Under the pieces are notes generated by a model. It did not search any database and had not been told where the DNA came from. It was given only the letters and a program-made list of their open reading frames with translations. The translations under genes and the position numbers were made by a program. Shown here piece after piece: positions 12,584-22,925 of a stretch of DNA of 64,000 nucleotides (positions within the stretch are counted from its first letter, which is position 1; the number at the start of each line of letters is the position of its first letter). The DNA comes from Paracoccaceae bacterium (GTDB lineage: Bacteria > Pseudomonadota > Alphaproteobacteria > Rhodobacterales > Rhodobacteraceae), in the NCBI GenBank assembly GCA_031425675.1, contig JANPJU010000141.1, positions 2,648 to 66,647 of the forward strand, read 5' to 3'.

Positions 12584-13741
12584 ATGCGCACGATCACCAC
12601 GACTGAAGACCTTGCCGCCTTCTGCGCCGCCGCCAAGGCCGAGGCTTACGTTACGATCGACACCGAGTTTCTGCGCGAACGCACCTACTGGTCCAAGCTG
12701 TGCCTGATCCAGATGGCGCTGCCGGGGGCCACTGGCGATGCGGTGCTGGTCGATCCGATCGAAGGGTCGGAGATGTCGCTGGAACCGCTCTATGACCTCT
12801 TTCGGCACGAGGCGACGGTCAAGGTGTTCCACGCGGCCCGGCAGGACCTTGAGATTTTCTTTGTTGAAGGCAACAGCTTTCCCAAGCCCCTGTTTGACAC
12901 GCAAGTGGCCGCCATGGTCTGCGGCTTTGGCGAACAGGTCGGCTATGAAACGCTGGTCAAGAAGATCGCCAAGGCCGACCTCGACAAGACCAGCCGCTTC
13001 ACCGACTGGTCGCGCCGCCCCCTGACCGAGGCGCAGAAGGATTACGCCCTTGCCGATGTCACCCACCTGCGGGTGATCTATGAATTCCTGGCCGCCCAGC
13101 TGAAAAAGAACGGCCGCGCAGATTGGGTGGCAGAAGAACTGGCGATCCTTACCGAACCGGAAACCTATACCGTCCGCCCGGATGAGGCGTGGATGCGGAT
13201 CAAGACCCGCACCACCTCGGGGCGCTTTCTCGCCGTGGTCAAGGCCCTTGCCCGGTTCCGTGAGGCTTATGCCCAAGGCCAGAACGTGCCGCGCAGCCGG
13301 GTGATGAAGGACGACGCGCTGCTTGAACTCGCCTCGACCCGGCCCACGACGGCCGAGGAGTTGGGCCGCTCACGCCTCCTTCTGCGCGAAGGTCGCAAGG
13401 CTGAAATCGTCGATGGCATCCTTGCTGCCGTGAAGGCCGGGCTGGAGATGCGGGCCGAGGACATGCCGAAGATCGACACGCCGCGCGAACAATTGCAGGT
13501 AAATCCGGCCTTGGCCGACCTTTTGCGTGTGCTTTTGAAGGCCAAGTCCGAAAGCCTTGGCGTGGCCCCGCGCCTTATCGCCTCGACAGCTGATCTTGAT
13601 GCGATTGCGGCCGGTGAACGCGAACTGCCTGCCCTTTCTGGGTGGCGGCGTGATGCGTTTGGCGATGACGCGATCCGCCTGTGCCGGGGCGAAATCGCCC
13701 TGTCAGCCAAAGGCAACGAAGTGCGGGTCGTGCAGCTTTAA
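12584..13741 (+). CDS. rnd: Ribonuclease D
   Basis: DTEFLRERTY, VFHAARQDLE, FDTQVAAM, TDWSRRPL, YALADV, HRDC region. Confidence 0.95.
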   Translation: MRTITTTEDLAAFCAAAKAEAYVTIDTEFLRERTYWSKLCLIQMALPGATGDAVLVDPIEGSEMSLEPLYDLFRHEATVKVFHAARQDLEIFFVEGNSFPKPLFDTQVAAMVCGFGEQVGYETLVKKIAKADLDKTSRFTDWSRRPLTEAQKDYALADVTHLRVIYEFLAAQLKKNGRADWVAEELAILTEPETYTVRPDEAWMRIKTRTTSGRFLAVVKALARFREAYAQGQNVPRSRVMKDDALLELASTRPTTAEELGRSRLLLREGRKAEIVDGILAAVKAGLEMRAEDMPKIDTPREQLQVNPALADLLRVLLKAKSESLGVAPRLIASTADLDAIAAGERELPALSGWRRDAFGDDAIRLCRGEIALSAKGNEVRVVQL

Positions 13742-13747
13742 CCCGCC

Positions 13748-14206
13748 TTAGCGTCGGGCTGACCGGGCATTGCCAGAGCCTTGCACCACAATTTCGCGCA
13801 CCGGCCCCAAGCGGATGTCCGAAATGAAGATGGCCACCTCAACCTCGCGTGACCGGGGGGTGTTTACCGCCGTCCGTTCGGTCGGGGGCAGCAGGCGGAA
13901 TTCGTAGACCAGCACCCCGTTTTCATCCACGGGCAGCGGCACCAGTTCGGCGGCCCACCAACCTTGCGTCGGCGTCTCGCCGGTGGCGCGCACGATGGCA
14001 CCGCCGGGGATCGGTTCCACCGTCATCGTCAACACAGCTTCGACCAGCGGGCGCGGATCGCCGCGTTCGGCTGGAAGCACGATGGTTTCACGGGGGGCAG
14101 AGGGCTTGAACCAGTTGAACGGGTTCAGCTTGCTTTCCCGCAGCCCGCCACAGCCCGCAAGGGCCGCACACAGAACAAAGGTCAGCAAGGGGCGGGCAAC
14201 AGGCAT
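13748..14206 (-). CDS. Hypothetical lipoprotein
   Basis: Lipobox ALAGC followed by LNPFNWF. Confidence 0.7.
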   Translation of the reverse strand: MPVARPLLTFVLCAALAGCGGLRESKLNPFNWFKPSAPRETIVLPAERGDPRPLVEAVLTMTVEPIPGGAIVRATGETPTQGWWAAELVPLPVDENGVLVYEFRLLPPTERTAVNTPRSREVEVAIFISDIRLGPVREIVVQGSGNARSARR

Positions 14207-14326
14207 GGCGGCTTTCCTGATAAGTCTCCCCTTTGGGTAGCCGATGGCACCGCGTTTGAAAAGCGCTCATGCAGGGGTGGACAGGTCCCGGTGCGCGGCT
14301 TACCTCAGCACCGAAAGGGGGGCACC

Positions 14327-14734
14327 ATGGCCACCGCTGCGTTTGAAGACCTTGCTGAAACCTTTGCGTTTCTGGACGATTGGGAAGACCGCTACCGCCA
14401 TGTGATCGAGCTTGGCCGCGCCATGCCTGCCTTGGACGACAGCTTCAAGGTGCCCGCGCTGAAAGTTGACGGGTGCGCAAGTCAGGTCTGGCTGCGTCCG
14501 ACGCCCGCCGCAGGGAGCTTTGATTTCGAAGGCGACAGCGACGCGATGATTGTCCGTGGGCTGATTGCCGTCTTGCATGCGCTGTATTCCGGCGTTCCGA
14601 TGGCCGAAGTGGGCCGCATCGACGCCCCAGCCGAACTGGCGCGGCTGGGCCTGAACGACCACCTTAGCGCCCAGCGATCAAATGGACTGCGCGCGATGGT
14701 GGACCGGATCCGCGCTACTGCCGCGTCAGCGTGA
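14327..14734 (+). CDS. sufE: SufE-family Fe-S sulfur acceptor
   Basis: DDWEDRYRHVIELG, KVDGCASQVW, SDAMIVRGL, LSAQRSNGL. Confidence 0.92.
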   Translation: MATAAFEDLAETFAFLDDWEDRYRHVIELGRAMPALDDSFKVPALKVDGCASQVWLRPTPAAGSFDFEGDSDAMIVRGLIAVLHALYSGVPMAEVGRIDAPAELARLGLNDHLSAQRSNGLRAMVDRIRATAASA

Positions 14735-15056
14735 CACGGTCGGTGTAAAACGCCAGATGCCCGGCAATCTCGGCCACGCCGGGCAGGGGCGTCTCATAGG
14801 ACCAGACCGCATTGTCCAACACGCCCTTGTCGGTCTTGATCGAATAATAGCTGGCCTGGCCTTTCCATGGGCAGCCCGTACTGCGCGTGGTCTTTTCCAG
14901 CAGGTCCATGTCGATATCGGCCCGCGGGACATAGATCACCGGCCCAGATCCGCCCTCGCGCAGCTCCAGCGCGCGAGCCGTGGTGCCAAGGGTGGTGCCG
15001 CCTGCCGTGACGGTCACACTGCCGCTTGCGGGGCTGATCTTGATGTGGTCGGCCAT
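14715..15056 (-). CDS. DUF427-family protein
   Basis: YVPRADI, TGCPWKGQASYY, NAVWSYE, AFY. Confidence 0.85.
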   Translation of the reverse strand: MADHIKISPASGSVTVTAGGTTLGTTARALELREGGSGPVIYVPRADIDMDLLEKTTRSTGCPWKGQASYYSIKTDKGVLDNAVWSYETPLPGVAEIAGHLAFYTDRVTLTRQ

Positions 15057-15066
15057 GGTTCAGTCC

Positions 15067-16866
15067 TTACAAGGGGGCGCAAGTGACGCGCAACCAGGCA
15101 AGGGTAGCACCCGACACGCGCTTGCCAAGCTTTTCCAGCACATGGGCATGATAGGCGTTCAGCCAGTCCCGTTCGCCGGGGGCAAGGCAAGCCATCAGAA
15201 TCAGCCGCCGATCGAAGGGCACAAAGGTCAGCGTCTCGAACGCCAGCTGCACCCGGTTATCGCCAAGGGTGGGGGCAGGTTCGACGACGATCAGGTTTTC
15301 CAGCCGGATGCCGAAAGCGCCTTCCAGATAATAGCCGGGCTCATTCGACAGGATCATCCCCGGCTCCAGTGCCACTTCGGACAGCCGGGAAATGCGCTGC
15401 GGCCCTTCATGGACGCTCAGGAACACGCCGACGCCATGCCCGGTGCCGTGGTCATAATCCTGCCCGGCCAGCCACAAGGGATAGCGCGCCAGGGCGTCCA
15501 GATCACGCCCGGCCAGCCCCTTCGGAAAGCGCGCGCGGCTGATGGCGATCATCCCCTGCAGCACGCGGGTATAGGCTGCGCGCGCCTCCTCGCCCGGGTC
15601 GCCGATTGCGATCGTGCGGGTGATGTCGGTGGTGCCGTCAGGGTATTGCCCGCCCGAATCAACCAGCAGCAGCTCACCCGGCCGTATGGTGCGGTTAGTC
15701 GCTTCGGTCACGCGGTAATGGATGATCGCTCCGTTCGGTCCCGCGCCGCAGATGGTGTCAAAGCTGATATCGTGCAGCGCATTGGTTGCGCGCCGGAACC
15801 CCTCCAGCGCCTGCACGACGGCGATTTCAGTCAGCTTGCCCAAGGGGGCTTGGGCGTCCAGCCAGCACAGGAATTCCGCCATCGCCGCCCCATCGCGCAA
15901 ATGCGCCTCGCGGGTGGCGGCAATCTCGGCCAGGTTCTTGCGCGCCTTTGGCAGGCGGCAGGGATCGTCGCCCCAAGCCACCGCGACGCCAGCCGCTGTC
16001 AGGATGTCCGACACGGCAAGGGGGGCCGAGGTCTTGTCGACCCGCACCGGCCCGACCAATCCCTGCAACGCGGCGGCGAAGTCGCCTGGCAGCAGCAGCG
16101 CGACGTCAGGTCCCAGATGCGCCTTCACGCCCGCATTGATCTTGGCCGCCTCGGCAAAAAGCTGCACCCGGCCATCGTCATGCAAGATCGCAAAGGCTTG
16201 CAAAACCGGGTTCTTCGGCACATCCGCCCCCCGGATGTTCAAAAGCCAGCAGATCGAATCCGGCAGCGTCAGCACCGCCGCCGTTTGACCCGCCGACCGC
16301 AGCCCCTCGGCCAACGCGGCGCGCTTGGCACAATGGGTCTCGCCAGCCAACGCATCAGGGTGCACAAAGGCCTTGCCCATCATGGGTGCAGGCTGGTCTA
16401 CCCAAATTCCGTCAATGGGATTTTTATCGCATCTGCATAGCGTTACGCCGCTGTCTTCAAGTGATGCCTGAAGTCGCTCCACCTCTTCCGCCGTGTGCAG
16501 CCAAGGGTCGAACCCCACTTGCCCAGCGTGCAGACTGGCCCGGATCCAATCGCCCGCCATCACCTCGGGCCAAGGCACGGGAGTGTAAGCCGCAAGGTCC
16601 ACCTGGGCCTTCACCTGCGTGCGATACCGCCCATCGATGAACACCCCGGCCACCCCTGGCAAAACGACACAGAATCCGGCTGACCCGGTGAAGCCCGTCA
16701 GCCATTGCAACCGTTCGTCGCGCGCGGCCACGTATTCACCCTGATGCACATCGGCGCGGGGGACAAGAAACCCGTCCAGCCCCATCGTGCCCAACTGCGA
16801 CCGAAGCGCCGCCAGCCGCGGTGGTCCCTGGTCCGGTGAAGCATGGCTTTCAAAACTTTGAAACAT
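15067..16866 (-). CDS. Xaa-Pro aminopeptidase (M24B)
   Basis: DVHQGEY, WLTGFTGSAG, DSGGQYPDGTTDITRT, HGTGHGVG, HEGP, SNEPGYY, GIRLEN. Confidence 0.95.
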   Translation of the reverse strand: MFQSFESHASPDQGPPRLAALRSQLGTMGLDGFLVPRADVHQGEYVAARDERLQWLTGFTGSAGFCVVLPGVAGVFIDGRYRTQVKAQVDLAAYTPVPWPEVMAGDWIRASLHAGQVGFDPWLHTAEEVERLQASLEDSGVTLCRCDKNPIDGIWVDQPAPMMGKAFVHPDALAGETHCAKRAALAEGLRSAGQTAAVLTLPDSICWLLNIRGADVPKNPVLQAFAILHDDGRVQLFAEAAKINAGVKAHLGPDVALLLPGDFAAALQGLVGPVRVDKTSAPLAVSDILTAAGVAVAWGDDPCRLPKARKNLAEIAATREAHLRDGAAMAEFLCWLDAQAPLGKLTEIAVVQALEGFRRATNALHDISFDTICGAGPNGAIIHYRVTEATNRTIRPGELLLVDSGGQYPDGTTDITRTIAIGDPGEEARAAYTRVLQGMIAISRARFPKGLAGRDLDALARYPLWLAGQDYDHGTGHGVGVFLSVHEGPQRISRLSEVALEPGMILSNEPGYYLEGAFGIRLENLIVVEPAPTLGDNRVQLAFETLTFVPFDRRLILMACLAPGERDWLNAYHAHVLEKLGKRVSGATLAWLRVTCAPL

Positions 16867-16873
16867 CCCACAG

Positions 16874-16945
16874 CCCTTCATTCTGGCCCAAAAATCTTCC
16901 GGGGGGTGAATGGCCGCAGGCCGGAAGGGGGCGGAAAGCCCCCTT
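16874..16945 (+). repeat. Dispersed intergenic palindromic element (divergent member of the family at 48492 and 63032)
   Basis: Pyrimidine tract, then CCAAAAATCTTCC, a G run and the terminal hairpin AAGGGGGC-GGAAA-GCCCCCTT. Confidence 0.5.
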
Positions 16946-18813
16946 TACCTCGCCCGCCGCAAACCCAGCGCCCGAGCGCGTTTCTTCGGGTCCACCTCGA
17001 ATAGGCCCGCCAGCTGTTCGGTCATCGCCCCCGCCAACTGTTCCACATCCGTGATTGTCACCGCCCGCTGATAATAGCGCGTCACGTCATGGCCGATGCC
17101 GATGGCGATCAGTTCCACCGCCCGCCTACGCTCAACCATCGCGATGACGTCGCGCAGGTGTTTCTCAAGGTAATTCGCGGGGTTGACCGACAGTGTTGAG
17201 TCGTCCACCGGCGCGCCATCGGAAATCACCATCATGATCTTGCGCGCCTCGGGCCGGGCCAGCGCGCGGCGGTGCGCCCATTCCAGCGCCTCTCCGTCGA
17301 TGTTTTCCTTCAAAAGCCCCTCTTTCATCATCAGCCCCAGATTCGGCCGCACCCGCCGCCACGGCGCGTCAGCCGATTTGTAGATGATGTGGCGCAGATC
17401 GTTGAGCCGCCCCGGCACCTGCGGCCTGCCGCCCGCCAGCCAGCGTTCGCGCGATTGTCCGCCCTTCCAGGCCCGCGTGGTAAAGCCGAGGATCTCCACC
17501 TTGACGGAACACCGCTCCAGCGTCCGGGCCAGCACATCGGCACAGATCGCGGCGATAGAGATTGGCCGCCCCCGCATCGAACCAGAGTTGTCCAGCAGCA
17601 GAGTCACTACAGTGTCGCGAAACTCGGTATCCTTTTCCTGCTTGAAAGACAGAGGCGTTGTCGGGTTTGCCACCACCCGCGCCAGACGGCCCGCGTCAAG
17701 GGTGCCTTCTTCAAGATCAAAATCCCAGCTGCGGTTCTGCTGCGCCTGCAAACGGCGCTGCAACTTGTTGGCCAGCCGTGACACAGCACCTTTCAGAGGT
17801 TCAAGCTGCTGGTCAAGATAGGCGCGCAGCCGCTCCAGCTCTGCCGGTTCGGCCAAATCCTCGGCCTTGATTTCTTCGTCAAAATCCGTGGTATACACGG
17901 CATAGTTCGGGTCAGCGTCGGAATAGGGCGCAGGGGCAGGCGGCTCCAGCGGAGCCTCGCCTTCGGGCATCTCGGCCTCATCGCCCTGCTCCATGTCGGC
18001 GCTGTCTTCCATCGTGACTTGCGCCTGCGACTGGTCCTGCTGTTCTTCCTGGCTTTGCTCGGGGCTGGCGTCGGTCTCTTCGCCCTCTTCCTCATCACCC
18101 GCGGAATCGGGCGAGTCCTGGTCTTCTTCCGCCGCGTCGTCGCCGGCTTCATCATCTGGCGCGTCGGGGTCATCGCCCAATTGGTCGCCATAGCCAAGGT
18201 CGGAAATCACCTTGCGCGCCAACCGGGCAAAGGCTGCCTGGTCGGCAAGCACATCATCGACTGACCCCAGCGCATCGCCCGCCTGTGTTTCGATGAAGCC
18301 GCGCCACAGGTCCACGACATGCGCCGCCGATTTCGGCAGCTCGCGGCCCGTGGCCAGTTGCCGCACCAGATAGCCGGCGGCAACCGACAACGGCACATCG
18401 CCCTGCTGGGTCACCTGGCCATAGCCTTTTCGGTCCGCCTCATATGCAATCTTGGCGTCGATGTTGCCAGCGGTGCCGGGCATGCTGCGGACGCCGACCG
18501 CTTCACATCGGGCGGTTTCCATCGCTTCATAAATATCCCGCGCCAGAGGACCGGTGGGCGCATAGCGCGCGGCCACGCTGTCGTCGTGGTAGCGGCGGCG
18601 CAGTGCAAAGGCATCCGCCGTGCCGCGGGCCAAAAGCACTTCATCCCGGGTCATGCGACGGCTGACCTGTGGCAGGCGCACGCCTTCCTTGTTCATCCCG
18701 GCCGGGTCAACCGAATAGGTCACGGTCATGTCCGGGTCATCCGCCATGGTGCGGGTGGCATCGGCCAGGGCTTTCTTGAACGGATCGGCGGGGTTGTCGC
18801 TGGGCTTGCTCAT
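16945..18813 (-). CDS. cobT: Cobaltochelatase subunit CobT
   Basis: [16 protein letters not shown], acidic linker, vWA motif [33 protein letters not shown]. Confidence 0.95.
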   Translation of the reverse strand: MSKPSDNPADPFKKALADATRTMADDPDMTVTYSVDPAGMNKEGVRLPQVSRRMTRDEVLLARGTADAFALRRRYHDDSVAARYAPTGPLARDIYEAMETARCEAVGVRSMPGTAGNIDAKIAYEADRKGYGQVTQQGDVPLSVAAGYLVRQLATGRELPKSAAHVVDLWRGFIETQAGDALGSVDDVLADQAAFARLARKVISDLGYGDQLGDDPDAPDDEAGDDAAEEDQDSPDSAGDEEEGEETDASPEQSQEEQQDQSQAQVTMEDSADMEQGDEAEMPEGEAPLEPPAPAPYSDADPNYAVYTTDFDEEIKAEDLAEPAELERLRAYLDQQLEPLKGAVSRLANKLQRRLQAQQNRSWDFDLEEGTLDAGRLARVVANPTTPLSFKQEKDTEFRDTVVTLLLDNSGSMRGRPISIAAICADVLARTLERCSVKVEILGFTTRAWKGGQSRERWLAGGRPQVPGRLNDLRHIIYKSADAPWRRVRPNLGLMMKEGLLKENIDGEALEWAHRRALARPEARKIMMVISDGAPVDDSTLSVNPANYLEKHLRDVIAMVERRRAVELIAIGIGHDVTRYYQRAVTITDVEQLAGAMTEQLAGLFEVDPKKRARALGLRRAR

Positions 18814-18941
18814 GGGGTCAGATAAAGCACCCTGACCCGCTCTGGGCAAGCCCGGCCAGTGCTGCCTGCGCAGGAAAAGCTGACTCGCTCTGCCGCAGGC
18901 TGCGCGGTATGCGCATGCCATGAACTGTGAAAGAGCCCGCC

Positions 18942-19348
18942 ATGCGCCTGACCTTTCTGATCCCGCTGATCCTGTCCGCTACACCACTTGTCGCCAAGAC
19001 CGATCCGGAGACGGAGGTGATGCCGCGCGTTTCACACGATCTGGCGCTTGCCTGCCTTGCGCTTTGGGTCAGCGATCTTGAAGTCAACGGCGCTGGCACT
19101 GACGCCGTCGGCAAAGCAAAGGAGCTGGTTTTTTTTTCTCACGCCTTGTGGCTCAGAAAGCCACGGCAGATGAGGCCGCCACTTTTGACATCCGGTTTGC
19201 TGAGGAGGTGGGCCATTTCCGAAAGACGCAGGCCGCGCTTTCCACTCCCGCGACCCGGGAAGAGGCCAAAATGGAACTGACGAGCAGTGGAAAGATGTGC
19301 TGGTTCGAGATTCTTCAGGCTGAAGGTGGTCCGTACGAAGGGCAATAG
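18942..19348 (+). other. Secreted-protein gene split at a T9 run (frameshifted, recoded, or sequencing error)
   Basis: Signal peptide in one frame; a protein-like continuation in the -1 frame after T9 at 19129-19137; one added T gives 135 aa. Confidence 0.6.
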
Positions 19349-19468
19349 CTGTGCTCTCCCGGTGCGCCCCTGCACAAGCCCGGCGCGAGGGTGCGGAATT
19401 GGCAGAATGGCATTTGGTCGCACATAAGGGGGGCAGTAAGCATCACCCCCTCGTGAAGGATTTCTTCC

Positions 19469-20056
19469 ATGGCCACCAAACCGAAAATCGCCCTGGTCAT
19501 CGGGTCGACCCGCCAGCACCGTTTCGCCGACATCCCAGCTGCCTGGATGAAGGCCCAGGCCGATGCGCGCGGCGACATGGACGTCGAGATGGTCGATTTG
19601 CGCGACTTCCCGATGCCGTTGTTTGATGAACCGGCATCGAATGCCTACATGCCAACCTCGAACGCTGTGGCGGTCGAATGGCAGAAGAAGATCGCCAGCT
19701 ACGACGGCTATATTTTCGTAGTGGCCGAATACAATCACTCGGTGACTGCCGCGCTGAAGAACGCGCTGGATTACGCTGCAGTCGAATGGGCGCGCAAGCC
19801 GATGGCGGCGATTGCCTACGGCTCGATGGGTGGCGCCCGCGCGCTGGAGCATCTGCGCGGCATCGCGATCGAGGCGCAGATGGTGCCGGTCCGCAACGCC
19901 GTGCATATCGGTGGCGGCGATTTCTGGAAAGTGCACCCCGGCATGGGCGGTTCAGGCAACCTGGCCGACATCGAAGCCGCACTGCTGCCCTCGGCCAAGG
20001 CCACGCTGGATGATCTGGCCTGGTGGGCTGCTGCCACGATGGCCGCCCGCGGCTAA
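19469..20056 (+). CDS. NADPH-dependent FMN reductase
   Basis: GSTRQHR, DGYIFVVAEYNHS, LKNALDY, YGSMGGARA. Confidence 0.92.
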   Translation: MATKPKIALVIGSTRQHRFADIPAAWMKAQADARGDMDVEMVDLRDFPMPLFDEPASNAYMPTSNAVAVEWQKKIASYDGYIFVVAEYNHSVTAALKNALDYAAVEWARKPMAAIAYGSMGGARALEHLRGIAIEAQMVPVRNAVHIGGGDFWKVHPGMGGSGNLADIEAALLPSAKATLDDLAWWAAATMAARG

Positions 20057-20066
20057 GTCTGTCCTG

Positions 20067-20435
20067 TCAGGATTGACCAATCAGGTCGGCGCAGCCTTGC
20101 AAAAGCTGCGCCGACCTTTTTTCTGCCGCCTGGTCCTGCGCAAAAAATCCCCGGTCCAGAAGGGCCCTTTGCGCCATCTTCGCCTCGATCCGCCAGCGCA
20201 TGGCTTTTGCGGACTCACCCGGCTCTGCCACCGCCTCGACCAGCGCCCAAAGAGTGTCCCGCGTGCCCGCCGAGGCGTCGGAAGCCGGGCCGTCCACCAG
20301 CCACTGATGCTCTACCAGTGCGGAATATCGCCCGGAGCAGACCGCAAACTCACGCACCAAGGGATCGGCCGTTGCAGGGCCGCTTGCGAACCCCACCGCC
20401 ATCGCTGTCAGAAAGGTTTCCAAACCGCTCGCCAT
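20067..20435 (-). CDS. Hypothetical secreted protein (two Cys)
   Basis: Signal-like N-terminus, FAVCSGRYSA...GCADLI; start uncertain. Confidence 0.6.
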   Translation of the reverse strand: MASGLETFLTAMAVGFASGPATADPLVREFAVCSGRYSALVEHQWLVDGPASDASAGTRDTLWALVEAVAEPGESAKAMRWRIEAKMAQRALLDRGFFAQDQAAEKRSAQLLQGCADLIGQS

Positions 20436-20501
20436 GCTGGCATGACGCGCCCAGAATCGCACTTTTTCAGGGCAGATTAAGAATCAGACGGCGGTTGGCT
20501 G

Positions 20502-20792
20502 CTACAGCAACACGCTGTCATGTTCCATGAACTCGGCAACCTCTGGCAGCCATCGGGTCTGGACGAACGTCACATGCAGCGGATGATCGTTGTACCCGTC
20601 ATAGGCTGCCTGATCCGCGAAAGTCATTGCAAGCGCGAATGCGTATGGGTTCTTCGGGCTGATTTCCCGCGCGATCTGGAAGTCGTCCACACCGCCAATC
20701 GCCGATAGCGTGGCCAAGGCCAAGAGAAAGCCAGCCTCCTCAGGTGAACCTGCCGCGTGGTGCAGCCGAAACAGGGCTGAGTGGCGGATCAC
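20502..20792 (-). CDS. Dabb (stress-responsive A/B barrel) protein
   Basis: (M)IRHSALF...[22 protein letters not shown]; GTG start overlaps the cobS stop (GTGA). Confidence 0.85.
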   Translation of the reverse strand: MIRHSALFRLHHAAGSPEEAGFLLALATLSAIGGVDDFQIAREISPKNPYAFALAMTFADQAAYDGYNDHPLHVTFVQTRWLPEVAEFMEHDSVLL

Positions 20793-21775
20793 TTCATCGC
20801 CATGCTGGCTGCACTTTCCGGCAGTTCCTCCGCAAAGCAGCGCTGGTAGAATTCTGCCACCGTCGACCGCTCCAACTCGTCGCATTTGTTGAGGAACGTC
20901 AGCCGGAAGGCATAGCCCACGTTGCGGAAAATCTCGCTGTTTTGCGCCCAGTTCAACACGGTCCGGGGCGACATCACGGTGGACAGGTCGCCGTTCATGA
21001 AGGCGGTCCGCGTCATGTCCGCAACGGTCACCATCTGGCCGATGGTCTTGCGGCCCTTGTCAGTGTTGTAATGCGGTGATTTGGCCAGCACGATTGCTGC
21101 CTCGGCATCGTGGGACAGATAGTTCAGCGTGGCCACCAGCGACCAACGGTCCATCTGCGCCTGGTTGATCTGCTGGGTGCCGTGGTAAAGGCCGGTGGTA
21201 TCGCCCAGACCGACCGTGTTCGACGTCGCAAACAGCCGGAACGACGGGTGCGGAGTGATGATCTCGTTCTGGTCCAGCAGCGTCAGCTTGCCGTCATGCT
21301 CCAGCACGCGCTGGATGACGAACATCACATCGGCACGGCCCGCGTCATATTCGTCAAACACGATCGCCACGGCGTTGCGCAGCGCCCAGGGCAGGATCCC
21401 CTCATGGAACTCCGTCACCTGCTTGCCGTCGCGCAGCTTGATCGCGTCCTTGCCGATCAGGTCAATGCGGGAGATATGGCTGTCCAGGTTGACCCGCACG
21501 CAAGGCCAGTTCAGCCGCGCAGCCACCTGTTCGATATGCGTCGATTTGCCCGTGCCATGATAGCCCTGGATCATTACCCGGCGGTTGTACGCGAAGCCCG
21601 CAAGGATCGCGAGGGTGGTGTCGGGGTCAAACTTGTAGGTCGGGTCAACATCCGGCACGCGGTCGGTCCGCTCGGCAAAGCCCTTCACACGCATGTCGGT
21701 ATCAATGCCGAACACATCGCGGACCGAAACTTCCTCGGTCGGTTTCATTGCCAGATCCAGCATGCCGTCGTCCAA
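20789..21775 (-). CDS. cobS: Cobaltochelatase subunit CobS (AAA+)
   Basis: [37 protein letters not shown]; TTG start at 21775 or ATG at 21763. Confidence 0.95.
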   Translation of the reverse strand: MDDGMLDLAMKPTEEVSVRDVFGIDTDMRVKGFAERTDRVPDVDPTYKFDPDTTLAILAGFAYNRRVMIQGYHGTGKSTHIEQVAARLNWPCVRVNLDSHISRIDLIGKDAIKLRDGKQVTEFHEGILPWALRNAVAIVFDEYDAGRADVMFVIQRVLEHDGKLTLLDQNEIITPHPSFRLFATSNTVGLGDTTGLYHGTQQINQAQMDRWSLVATLNYLSHDAEAAIVLAKSPHYNTDKGRKTIGQMVTVADMTRTAFMNGDLSTVMSPRTVLNWAQNSEIFRNVGYAFRLTFLNKCDELERSTVAEFYQRCFAEELPESAASMAMK

Positions 21776-21951
21776 TCCATCGCTCCCGCGCCCGATGCGC
21801 GACCTTTGACTTGTTTGGAACATAACGCGGGGGGGTTCAAGGGGAAGGACCGGTGTGACAGTGCTTCCCAATCACGTGACCGCGCAACTTCTCGCTAAGG
21901 GACGGCGTAGATAATGACATATCCTGCGACCAAACCAACCGGAGACGCCCC

Positions 21952-22407
21952 ATGCACCGCCGCCTCTTCCTTCTGTCCAGCGCCGCCCTGTTCGCCGCCC
22001 CCGCCCTTGGCGCCGAAACCTTTGAGTTCACTCTGACCGAGGCCGAATGGCGCGCCCGTCTGGACGATCTGGCCTACCGCGTCCTGCGTGAGGAAGAGAC
22101 CGAGCGTCCGGGCACCAGTCGCCTGAATGACGAGGCGCGCGCCGGCACCTATCATTGCGGCGGCTGCGACCTGCCTGCCTTCGCCTCGACCACGAAGTAT
22201 GACAGCGGCACTGGCTGGCCGTCGTTCTGGGAGCCACTGCCAAACGCAGTCGCAACCCGCGAAGACGGCGGCCTGTTCGGATCGCGCACCGAAGTTCACT
22301 GCCGCCGCTGTGGCGGCCATTTCGGCCATGTGTTCACTGACGGGCCGGAACCCACTGGCTTGCGCTACTGCATGAATGGCGCGGCGCTGCGGTTTGTTGC
22401 AGCCTGA
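21952..22407 (+). CDS. msrB: Methionine-R-sulfoxide reductase with a twin-arginine signal
   Basis: CGGC, KYDSGTGWPSF, RTEVHCRRC, GHVFTDGP, RYCMNG; N-terminus MHRRLFLL. Confidence 0.93.
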   Translation: MHRRLFLLSSAALFAAPALGAETFEFTLTEAEWRARLDDLAYRVLREEETERPGTSRLNDEARAGTYHCGGCDLPAFASTTKYDSGTGWPSFWEPLPNAVATREDGGLFGSRTEVHCRRCGGHFGHVFTDGPEPTGLRYCMNGAALRFVAA

Positions 22408-22490
22408 CGGGTTCGGAATTGCCGGGGAGGACTTCCAGACTTCCGCAGGGACAGCCGGGAGGTTAAGCTGATTGAAGCCCTAGTGTCACC

Positions 22491-22925
22491 GTGGATGCCA
22501 TGATCGCGAATGACCGACTGTTCCCCGCCGCTGTCACCGGTCTCGCCGGAGGTGCGGTCATGCTCGCGATGCTCGGAACGGCGAAGGGCAACGTCCTTGG
22601 TTTGATCCTTCCCGCTGTCGGCGGCGCGTTTCTGTCCGGCCTCGTCTGCGCCGGCCTTTTCCGCCAGCCTGGCCAACAGGGCCTTGCCGTTGCGGCACTG
22701 GGGGCGGTTGCAGCAACGCTGCTTGGGGCGGCGATAGCGGGGCTTGGGCTTGGCCTTGTCATCGGACCCACCATCGCCGGGATCTGGGTTGCGCCCTCTG
22801 CCGTGGCAACGGCCGTCATGACGCAGCCCGCGGTCCTCGCGACATGGGTGGTCACCATGGCCATCACCTGCTGGCTTTTTCGCCGGACGGCACGCCCCAC
22901 GGTCCTGGCCGCCAAAAGCGCCTAG
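22491..22925 (+). CDS. Hypothetical membrane protein
   Basis: Several Gly/Ala-rich hydrophobic helices. Confidence 0.55.
   Translation: MDAMIANDRLFPAAVTGLAGGAVMLAMLGTAKGNVLGLILPAVGGAFLSGLVCAGLFRQPGQQGLAVAALGAVAATLLGAAIAGLGLGLVIGPTIAGIWVAPSAVATAVMTQPAVLATWVVTMAITCWLFRRTARPTVLAAKSA

Noticed and set aside
18814-18941. Cobalamin riboswitch upstream of cobT or cobS
   Set aside because: No B12-box-like sequence visible; the gaps are short.
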